Origin: Tubiluchus corallicola
Lineage: Eukaryota; Animalia; Priapulida
Assembly (NCBI GenBank): GCA_030141605.1
Contig: JAQGDQ010000209.1
Coordinates: 248,001 to 312,000 of the forward strand
Length of the DNA: 64,000 bases
Reading direction: 5' to 3'
The position numbers and the translations under genes were made by a program. The notes under the pieces are model-generated. The model did not search any database. It was not told where the DNA came from and saw only the letters and a program-made list of their open reading frames with translations. Each line of letters starts with the position of its first letter. Positions within the stretch are counted from its first letter, which is position 1. This document shows positions 12,101-24,100 of the stretch, piece by piece.

Positions 12101-15100
12101 GTGCAGATATTATGATGTCAAGTGAAACCTTGTTGACATAACATTGAGAAACTTTTCAGACTGAAATCTTATGTGGTCCAATGTGGGCAAGATGATCAAC
12201 ATGAAACTGGTAGAATCTGTGGATGCTACTGAAAAATAAAGTCATTAAATGAGAAATGCTTTATCGATACTACCCAGTGCATCGGCAGTGTGCATAAATT
12301 GTCTTCACAAGTGGCACATAATAGGATAGTAAACTTTCAGTTATATTGACTGGAATTTGTGAACACTGTTTTCTTAATCACTTCACTGTTGTGTGTATTG
12401 TGCAGTGCAGAGCCACTGTGATACAAAACTATTAATACACAATTGCAGTCATTGTAGCTATATTCTGCAACTTGAAATGGTGCATTTTAATTAAACATTT
12501 TTCATAACGTGATATGCTAACATTTTACCATTTTATAAAAAACATTATATGATTAAGTAGCAAATGAAGAAGCATATAATGCTTATACTTATGAAGGTGC
12601 TTATCAGCACTGCCATCAATTTTATTTTGTTTTATTTGATTTGCAAATAAAACAAAATAAAATTGATGGCAGTGCTGATTTATTTGATTTTCAAATAAAA
12701 CTGCTCAAGTTGAATTACTTTTCTGAATGTAAATCTTTGCACGTCTAGCCATACTTGATCCTAACTTGTTTGATACTAAAAAAAGTTGTACAAATGTAGT
12801 TTATAAGCCTTGTACATACAATTAAATTTTGTGAAAATATGATGTTTTTATTTGTGCACTAAGCATTAGAATATGTTAGCTAGTTGCTATTTTAACTCCA
12901 ATAAATGCCATTTGCAGAGGTTCTCTTGCCAAATTACAAAACAGAAACTTTTTATATAAATCTGAATGCCAGATAGGCGAGAGTGATTAGATCATTGTAA
13001 CTAATGACATCTTGTTTGGGCTTAAAACTAATGCCAATAATAACTTAATTTACTATATTAATATATAGCAAAGTAGCCCTAATTAACACTATTCTTACAG
13101 GAAAAGTAAGCTAGATGTTTGTATTTTGATTGTTTCGATATTATTTATTTATAACTTTTTTATTGTTGTGAATAATTTACAGATTACATAGGAGTATTTG
13201 AATAAATACCGCAAACGAATATCTTTTTTTAAATTTTTGCATGTCTGTGTCTATGAAATTTCTTTCATGACATAAATAGTCCATAAGAGAGTGGCTTACT
13301 GCACTGTCCAACACATTGCCATATTTAACTATGGCCTTTCATAGTGCTTGGGAGCATTTGCACGGGAGTAGCACAGTAGTCAGACTGAAAGTGTAAACAT
13401 GCTCATAATCTAAATTTGAATTTCATTTGATTGACTATGAATTGTTGTATGTTGTATTGTTTTAGGCTCAACAGCTAACAGGACACTAAAAAGCTATCCC
13501 AGCATGAGAAGTGAACGTAAGATAGGGCATCGACGAGTAGATGCCACAGGCCAGGTGTCATATAAAAAGGTACTGTGTAGGTTTTGTATTTATCTTAATA
13601 ACATGTTGCAACCAAATATCATAGATTGGCCATTATAAATGGTTAATAAACTCTACAGTCTAAGCAAAAAGTGGGACAATGAAAGATAGCAACATCTACG
13701 GCAAAGCAATTTTTAGGTTATGCCTAAAATTTGTGGTGCAGATTTAGTCTTAGATAATGATAATTTTCACTCCTACCATAGTTTTTGTATAATTATTCTC
13801 TTTCTGTAACATCAGTAAGTACTAGATTTTGCAAGAATTTTGGCACTAAATGTAACTTTATTATTTTTCATTACAATAGGTGGCCACGTCGCAAATTATG
13901 GAATCAATCCAATTGGGAATTCGAACTACTGTTAGCGGATTGTCTTCAAAGCCGGAGCGTGACTTACTTATGCAAGATTTCCAAGTCGTAGAAGCTGTCG
14001 ACTATCCTGCGTATGTGTTATCCTTTAGAAATTAAGTTGATATATTCATTCAATTGTTTATTACCGTAAACTTTTGCAAAATAAACTTCAAGGTGACGTT
14101 TACGACTTCACTTGCTCATGTCATTGTTTATTTACTCACTGAAAGCGTTGCTTGGTACTGTATGAATGTTTTTTACCTTTTACTTGAAGCCTCCCTGGTT
14201 GGTGCCACTTGCTGCTAACTCTGCTACACTATGCCAGAAATTATTGCATCGTGCCTTTTCTGCAACTTTGGCAATGACTTCCAGCAGGCAAAAAAATTTT
14301 GCAGTTTGTAATTTATAATACAAAGTTTCTGTGAACTGTGTACGAGTAGGCAAACCCCTTTTTTGGAGCTGTGTGTTACAAGCATGGGTGCTGGCTGTGT
14401 GTTTAAAGTGATAGATTGAAATTCCTTTGAGAGTGCAAATAGGTTAATACTTCAGTTGGCTAGGGCTTCTAGTGCTAAGTGAAATTTGCCATGTTAAGTG
14501 AGAAATAATGTTTTTTATTTCTGTAGAGAATTCACTTCAGGTGGGGACTGTGGAGCTTGGGAACTAATTTGCTTGTCATTATGGATCGACTAATAATCAA
14601 GAATGTTTGTTTGTCTTGCAGGTCTGGGATTGTCTGGCATTAATTACAAAAAAACTTATTATTTTTAATCTTACTGGCGAGATAAGCTAATTTACACTTT
14701 TGTTTAGTTAGTGAAGTATATGCCACGAATGCTCTGATTATTTTTTCAAACTTTACTCAATGTTTTCCAAATTCGTTTCATATGACTTCTAGTCCAAATG
14801 GCTGAGCCTAGCCGTCATCATGGGAGTTCAAATTTTCAAGTTTTATACGGCATTGCTTCTAACACAAGTTCTGTGCAATGAGGCAAGATTTAGGTTATAA
14901 AAATTTCAAGATGATTTTTTAGCTTTTTTTAAGCAAAGGGTTTCCTTGTGCCTTAACTTATAGTTACAACAGCTGGACCAAAATCAACTGCTACAAAATT
15001 ATCGACCGATGTTGGCAGTATCATAAGCATTAAACAATGTTGTGTGGCAGACAGTGTGTAAATTTATGTTTTGCACCAAGATTATATAATACTGGCTTGT

Positions 15101-18100
15101 TATGTATGTCTAGATTCACTCTCCTGCTGCTATAATTTTTAATTTATTTTTGTTATCACCATTTTTGTTCGTTTATGTTTCGCCTCGTTTCCCTTGTGCC
15201 TCGCAATTCAGCATTTCCGTGATGTTAACTTTAACTCTTTACTTTCTTTGTGCTCAAAGTTGCTGGTATAGTAGCTGCAGGCTGAGAGTTGCCGCAGCTG
15301 CTTCGCAGATATTGATTATGCCAGAATGAGCCGTATCACGTAAAACATTGCCTGTGCTTCTGAATAAAATACATACAATTGATTTTCAACATGCTTAAGC
15401 ATTGGCGTTCAAGTACTGAGGAAAATTTATTCTGGTTACAAAAATAGGTCAAGCAATTAACCCTCTCAGTACAGAGTTTTCTTCCCTAAAAGCTTTGCTG
15501 TATGTTTTCATTCATTTCATATCTATTCTTTAATACCTCAAAATGTAAATTTATCTAACTTATTCACGTGTGTAATGTATTACAAGATTGAAGAAGATAA
15601 TGTAATCCTATGAAACAAAGATTGTTGTTGTTTTTGCAAAAATTTCACTACATTTACATATCTGAATGTTCTTGTGCACATATTAGAATGTCCTCCTGTC
15701 ACATCCTCATACTTTCTGTGACTTGTTAACACTGAAGGCATTCAGTGGAAATGACAAATTTTCATTGATTAATGCTAGAAAAAGTCATAAAATTATTAGA
15801 TTTTCTGATGTTATTCCAGAGCCAAGTTCAACACCAAGAATGTTTTTGCATGTTTAGCTTGATCCAGATTAGCTTTTGTGTTTCTAGAGATAATGATGTG
15901 TAGGAAATTATGGGAACAAACTATTTCATAACCAACTTATTTATAATTGTCACTGTTGAAAATACTAGTTTCACTAAATTTAGCAAACCGTGTGAGCGTA
16001 AAGTTCTGTGCTTTTTGTTTATTATACCCAAACACCTGAACTTCTCATTTGAAGACATGTACATAATGGGTTCCAGTGTAGTTGCCAACGAAATAGTGTA
16101 GCTAAGTTCAGTCAGTGGCAGTAATGAATGTTATGTTATTTTTCAGCGAAGGCAGTAATTTGACTCCAGCACACAGAGGCAACGATTTTAGGTTCAAAAC
16201 ATATGCACCAATGGCATTCCGATACTTCAGGGCTTTGTTTGGCATTGCACCAGATGATTATCTGGCAAGTACTCAGTAATTCAACGATTTTATTACTAAT
16301 TCACAAATAATATTATTCCTTATTAGTAGTTGCTATTATACTGTCACTGTTTCTCTTTATACTGCCACCATTAAATATCAGGTATTTGAAATAAAAAATA
16401 CACTTGGGTCCAGCTTTCAGTCTGTAGCTTACAGTATAAGTACTGTATAAATTTTTTCTTGTCCTAGTTCCTACTAGTCACTTAATAAACTATTCACTTG
16501 TCGGGTCAAACTCAATTGATCTTGCCAGACTACTATGTTTGATCGGGTTCAGCAATAATTTGAAAATATAATGTGTTGATCTTCTCTGGCAAATGTTTGG
16601 CAGAGACTTAACCCTGCAAACTGGAGGTTTGTAGTTAGTGCTCCACAAACCGTTGCCCCATTGGTTCTTAGTAATTCTTGTACATAAATTCCCAAACTAC
16701 CTATGAATGTACCTTGAATAAAACTCGAAAATTAAACTTTAAAAAAGGTAGAATTACTTTTAGTCACATCGTTATTTGGAGGCAAATCGAGAATTTGCAT
16801 GTGAAGGCTTTCAAAACATAGATAGTTCAAGCATCACTGCTTGAAAAAGACAATATATATTAATTTTGATAAATTGGCTTTTCAGCAATGTCTTTCTCAG
16901 CATCTTGTCTTCCGACTTGCCTTAACTTGTAAGTTTTTGCCCATCTCGACCTGGTTAGACCCAGATTCAGTTTGGGAGTTAGTTCTTTGGATCCCTAGTT
17001 TCCACTGTTGTGGTTTGTGGCCAGTTTGGGAGATAAATTTTTACTTTGATAAACTCTTGCTGTAATTGTTCGAACCACAGAACATGCCCAAGTATGTTTT
17101 AAAAAAGTATCTCGTTGAAGACAAACTTTATTCTAACGTCCATTTTCCATACAAAATGCATTCTTGCAAATTCTGTGCCTTTAATTTGAGATGACAGAAA
17201 AGGCATATTTTTCAAGGTCCTGAAAATTATTGAGAAATTTTTATTTTGTTGTACAGATATCATTATGTAACAATCCTCTTCACGAATTGTCCAACCCTGG
17301 TGCTAGCGGCAGCGTGTTTTATATTTCTCAAGATGATGAATTCATTGTGAAGACTGTGCAGCATAAAGAGGCAGAGTTCTTACAGGAGTTACTGCCTGGA
17401 TATTATATGGTAAAGAGGACTATAGTAAATGATACTATATTGGAAAGTTGTTTAACGTCCGACTTAATAGTTTAATATAGTTAAGCACAAGTTAGCCAGT
17501 TAGAAACATGAGCTTTTTAAGATATGTAAACACGATTTTGAAGTTTGTGCCACTTGTGTTATTTTGATTTTGCCAAATATGTAGTGCTCTTATGGTTTGT
17601 TTTTCATTTTATCATTTTAGAAAAGCTTTTTCTTTTCCAATTTACATATTAATTAAAAGATGGCAAACTGGAAATTGGACTTATTTTTCACAAATAAGAG
17701 AGTGCTACATTATGCTAGAGCTGTTTAGACCACTGTTTTGATCATCTGTTAAGATTGTTTTCGAGCTAAAAAAGTAGTGTCAAGTATTTATATCATAATT
17801 TTGATAGTCTTTCTAATATGAGAGGTTTACCTCACTGAGATGTGATGGCTAGTTGACAACATGTTGCTTGTGCTTTGACATTGCTGCTAAACCTGTTCAA
17901 ATTCTCACTGATATTGTAACATTACGTACAATTTGTAGCTTTTTAGCATGCTTGGGCACGCTTAAAACTATTAAGTGGTTAAAATTGCCAGCAACCGATT
18001 CTGTCATGTAAAGGTGCGCCAGGCTGTGCCAGCACCTGGATTCAACACGACAAACAAAGTTTCAATGAAACTAAATCCAAACATGCATCATTAAAACAGA

Positions 18101-21100
18101 AAGCTTGTAATGAATGATTAAAGGCATCTAGGGTTTGTGAACAGCAAGTAAAACATATCTTTATTAAGCGTGAGTCATAAAACAAGAACTTAGTGTATTT
18201 TTCTTCCATGTTATTATATGGGCAATTTAAATGCATATTTTTTATTCACAGAATTTAAACCAAAATCCCAGAACATTGTTGCCGAAAACATTTGGTCTCT
18301 ATTGCTACCAGTGCGGAGGCAAGAATATTCGACTATTAGTAATGAACAACTTGCTTCCGACGGTGATCAAGATGCATGCTCGGTACGATCTCAAGGGAAG
18401 CACTTACAAGCGAAGGGTAAGCAAGGTTGAAAATTCATAGAGACATGTGGTGTTAGTGTTTGTTTTTGTTTTGTCTCTAATTGGCAAAGCTTTTATAACT
18501 TGGCAGTATTTTTGATCTGAAAATATTCCGCTATAAGTTAGACATCATTCAACTAGTGCATACACTGCAAGCATCAAATATATTTTATTTCATTTTTGTC
18601 TTTGCTTTTGATTGTAATATGTTGGCTTTTTAGAATGTTTTGTTAATATTTAAAAGTGGAAATAAGGTGGTAGTTGATAAAATTAGGTAAAAATAAGATG
18701 TATTAGCGTGTTTTATAACTGAAATAACTTGATATGAAATAGCCTAATATTTTTTGGGACATTTCAAATGTTAGTTGAGTCAAACTAACGGTCGTTATAA
18801 AATTTCAACATCTAAACTGATTTGCATCTCAAACACTTGGTTAGCATAGCAGCCAGTTAGCACGTTTCTTCCTAACCAAGTGCATGTGATCTTGCATGTA
18901 ACATTTGCAATATTTGAGACCACAAACTTATACAAATCGCATATAATTGTTTTTGTTTCAATCTCAGGCATCAAAGGGGGAAAGGGCAAAAGGCAGTCCT
19001 ACGCTAAAAGATCTCGATTTTATGGAGGACCATCCAGAGGGGTTATTGTTAGAAAGAGATACGTATGATGCTCTCATAAAGACTTTGCATCGTGATTGTA
19101 GAGTAAGTTGGACTAGGGAACATTTTTGACTGTGTCAGAAACTGTGGTAAGATTCTGCTTCTGTGACAGGTGATACTTTAAGTGACAGCTTTTGTTTCGT
19201 ATTTCATTTTGAAAAATGTCTTTTAAAATAGTCAATAACTTGTGTAAGTACTGATGTGCTTGACATCAAAAATTTTAGTGAAATCAGAACTTGTCACTTT
19301 TTACCTGTGTCGTGTCACCCATCTACTTATTAACTAGCTCCTGTGTTGTTTCTCTTCGTAACTAAGCACACAACATGACCTAATAGCTGTTTTCTTTCAC
19401 AGTTATCAGCAAGTTTCAGAAAATTGCAAAATAATTAATTTTACTATCAATAGTATTTTAACAATTACCACGTTCAAACCAATTTCGAGGGATAAATACA
19501 AATTAATATAATTTTATAGAGACTAGCAAAACCATTTTACTTCATGTCAAAACAATGTGAATTGAAAAAGGTCCGTCAGATCTGTACACTAATGATCAAG
19601 TAAATGCACTAGGCAGAAATCTTTAACTAGGATTTGAACTAAAGGCACTTATATGCAAAAATTCAGGTGCTGTTACTAACTGAACTATTCCCCCTTTCAT
19701 TAACTGTGCTCGTGTATTAACTGTTATAGGGGCAGCATACAATACCACTACACCTTATCAGCTATAATTGTAATAATTGTACATAATTATGTCTTCTTAC
19801 AATTTATCAGACATCGCGCGACCCGTCATAGTTCAGCACTGTCCTCAAAATCGTGATAAAGGAATTTGGGAATGATGTTTGTTAATTTACTAATTAGTTA
19901 ATTATCACCTATGTAACCTTTTCAGGTATTAGAAAGTTTTAAAATAATGGATTACAGTTTACTTGTGGGAGTGCATAATCTTGATCTTGCTGCAAGAGAG
20001 CGGGTAAGTCAAATTTGCTAGTCACCAAAAATTCTTACTTCCCTTTTTTTCAAATTTAGTTTATTCACAAAAAATATTATATTTTTTCATTTTTGAACTA
20101 TACAGTTGGTGAGTGACAAAGAATGACCTAAGGCATTTAAGGCATGTCATATTTACCAAGCTAACTGGTGTAGTGGAATGATGTGCAATTTATTATCAAA
20201 AGACTTCGGGTTCAAATCCAAGCTTAGTCTTGATATTTTTACATTTCCTTCCCTCTATTGTTTGATCTCTCCATTATGTTAGTCTTTAGTGCATCATATT
20301 AATCGATGCTGTTGTGCTCCTCCTATTTAACTGCATAGTATGCTTGACAGCTTCAAGCCCGAGAAAATGAAATTCAAGCAGTAGAGCAAGATGGCGTTGA
20401 TGGTATGACGGCTCTTGGACGATCTAGGTCAGTACGGCGGGAACGTATTGCAGCATATTCCACTGCTATGGAATCTATACAAGCCGAGGCAGAGCCTGTA
20501 GATTTAGACCAGGAAGATGTACCGTAAGTTTAAGCATCAAACCACATTTTTGAACTTATAGAAATAAGGTTACAACTTAATTTTGATAACAGTATGCTGT
20601 TGTAGAATGACAGATTTTTTGACAGAAAGATTTTAAAATGGTACAGATTGGAAAACTGTGTTGAGAATGTTGGTAATTTAAAAATATTTTTTTTGCAATG
20701 GTAATTTAATATGCAAATTAAAAGTAAGTTGGTAAGCAAAATTAACAGAGGTTAATGTTCAGATACTGTAGCTAAATCTGCATTTTATCTAGTAAAGGGC
20801 CTGGACACTATTTAGTACCATAGCACGTTAACAACGCCTTGGTTACTTCCCACCTTGCAGCACAAATGAAGAAGATTTAATGTTATGAAGTAGCAAAATG
20901 TTCTACAAATTTAAATAAGCCCAGCACACAGTTATGTTATCAAATGAATTGTCAAATTAAAAAGCTTTTTACACTTGGGACTTAAAGACGTTTTGCGTTT
21001 GAACTTATTTACTAATGTACTGCAAGCAAATATGCAAAAATTACTTTCCTGTTAATGCTCACAGTTAGAATAAAATTGCAAAAGTGGCATTTTTCCTTGT

Positions 21101-24100
21101 AAAAAACAATAATAATAAAACTTTTATTTAGTATGTTGAAAAAGGCAAACAACGGGTTTCTAAATCCATCATGCATTCCAAAATACGGAAATGAAAATGA
21201 AAGTTATTTCGTCAAAATTTTTAAGACTGATATGACACTATAAGTATTTAGGTAATAAAAATAGTATAGGTGCTTAGTAATCATACTAGATAAGTTGCCA
21301 TATTGCTGTTATTTGTAACTTGAAAATTAAGCGTAATTTTTGTTTTTGTTTTTTTTTTTGTAGACAAGGAGGCATTCCAGCTAGAAATTCAAAAGGGGAG
21401 CGGCTACTTTTATTTATAGGCATAATAGATATTTTGCAACGATACCGGCTAAAGAAAAAACTGGAACACACCTGGAAAGCCATGGTTCATGACGGAGTAT
21501 GCATTTTTACTTTTTACACGCCATTTTTATTTCATTGATGTCAGTGCTTCTGGTTTGTGAAGCAGTTAGACACCATTTGTGTCTGCTAAAATTTTGCATT
21601 AATTGCTGTTCTTCAGTCGGAGCCAATTAGTGATATGATTTTTTTTGTTCTTTATTTTTCACTTCTAGAAAAACAGTACAAAACAGATCAAAAAATAAAA
21701 TTGTAACACGAAATAATCAAATAATTAACAATTCAAATAACAGTTTACATATCGAGTTCCTAGCTATTGCATTACAGAAAGCTGAAGAAGTTGAGAGCTT
21801 GCAAAAGCTTTCTGAACATGTGAAAGGAGAGAAGAAACAAAGCTAGTTATAAAGTTTGAGAAAAAAACTAGTGCAAAGAGAGGATAAAGGGTGCTTTATA
21901 TTGGAATAAATACTATATTCTTAACTAATAAAGAATTTAATGTAAATTTATTGATAATACTCAGTATAGTATGATAGTAAATGATGCAGCAATTGCAACA
22001 CATGTGTCAGGGGGAAATACCATACTTATTGAAAATGTTAGTTTTCATTTATTTTTAAATTTTCATGTTCACAAAATCAAATGGTCTTTAATACATCATC
22101 TAATTCATTCAAATTCCTTGAACCAGTATTGGCAATGAATTTGGCAACAAAACAAGCTACAAAAAAAGACAAAACATTTGCAAACAACTTTTACACTATT
22201 CTTTTTTTATGACCAGCAGAGATACATAAGGACTTGTTGCTTGTTAGTAGGCGTACGTCACTGCTTGGCATTCTTTTCGTCTGCAACTGCTCTATTTATT
22301 TATTGACATGTGCACCATTCAAACCATTGATACAGTATGGTGCCGAGCAGCATTGGCTTGGTCCTAAATTGGCTTAGAAATCCTCTCCTCTGTGTTTGAC
22401 AAGAAGCATTGTCGAGGTTAAAGTCTATGACATGCCAATGCATCCACCGTCTGGTTTCCAGTATCTACCATTTGCTGGGTAGTAAGTTAACATCAAAGTG
22501 TCTGGCATCTAATCTCCGCTTTATTTTCTTACATTATTTATTCGCTTAATAATTTGCAGGCCTATTCATCACTGGCTGTGCCACTGTCACTGGATGCAGC
22601 ACGTCAGACTCTCAAAAATAGGACGTTTCCAGCATCCGGCTTCCAGCGTCTGCTGCTAAAATTCTTGGTTTCGTCACCCGTTGACAATATATACGTTCTT
22701 TCTCGCTTCCAAGTGCTGAACGCAAACCCCAGATGCTGGATGCTTTGGTGTATCATAGGCTTAATATATAATGTCTATCATAATGCATATGCTGCTTCGG
22801 TTAGTAGTTTTTGGACAACAGTGCACATTTATGCTGTCTTAGCTACCAAACCTGTGGCACAATGTACAGGAATGTAGCCACACTGTGTTCTCTTGCATTT
22901 CAAGTCAGTTTATTTTTATTTCTTGTAGACAGGAAACAGACCTTAGCATATATGTTTATGTTACAGGACAGTGTGTCAGTGCATCGACCTGGTTTTTATG
23001 CTCAGCGGTTTCTCGGGTTTATGGAAAAGAATGTTTTTCAGAAAATTCCATCACGTGAGTTTGTTCTGTATTTCATATTCGTCAACCATTTTCGAATGAA
23101 CGCCAGGCGTTTACATATTGTATGTTTGCTATTTGTCAGCATCAGCTGTTGTACTTGGTGTTCGTAAGGAAAGAAAAGCATGTTTTCACTACCAGTATTT
23201 ATTTGGCCATCTCTCTCAAGATTTAATAACCACACCTCTGTGGTAATATTGAGCCTGAGACTTATTATCATTTAGTTTGACTTGCAAACTGTTTATGCAC
23301 AAAATACTAATTGAACCTTGGAATGATTAACATTACATTCCTTTTCGTAAAGTGTTTCGGTTGTACCAAAATATTACGTTTAGTTTTCACATTTAGCATG
23401 ATCATAGCTATAAACGATTGCACCTCTGTGACATTCATTTTTCCCCATTTTTGTATTTTTCAAATATAACGAGGACATAAATAATTTCCTATAGACGCAT
23501 CTGGTTTTAAAAAATTATGCATTCACTCATTATGTTATGTAAAGGATTTTTGCAAGAACATTTTTTCAAGTAAATGTACCTATCACATAATGTACTGTGA
23601 TAAACTAAAGCGTGTTGATCAGTAAGGCTTTTGCAATTTAAAACTAAAATTTATTTAACATATTTTTCCATAATTTAGAGTATAAAGATAGGTTTAAACT
23701 TTTACATACTGCTCCTGCTGTTCTTTCGCTTTGTTATGTTGATGATAAATAATTGCAAGATTTCATCTTTGGCAAAACATGCTTTTCTAAGAATGTGGGA
23801 AGATCTAGCTGATAATAACATTCAGCTCAGTGGTTGTGGGTCACTGTCATTGCAGCATAAGGACAGCTTTTGTGCATTTTGATAAACAACAGTATACAAA
23901 ATCTTACCACATAAAAACTAATTGAATGCAATGTGTGTGTTGGTACTCCAACAAGTGGAAAAAGAAAATCAAGCTTATTATTAGTGAGTTCCATTGATTT
24001 TAGTCGATGTCTGTAAAACAAAGAGCTTTTCTGGTACAAGTAAGCATTTCCAGGCATATTGCATGTAAAGCATAACATAACCTATATTCTGCGGTCACAG

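Noticed and set aside
14527-14540. Possible microexon (ctgtag|agaattcacttcag|gtgggg)
   Set aside because: 14 nt breaks the frame, the donor is weak, and the flanking kinase exons already join correctly.
22200-22760. GC-richer block and 107-aa ORF 22554-22877 as a nested gene
   Set aside because: No motif or consistent splice structure. It looks like decayed repeat sequence with short inverted ccagcatc/gatgctgg motifs, and the family could not be assigned.
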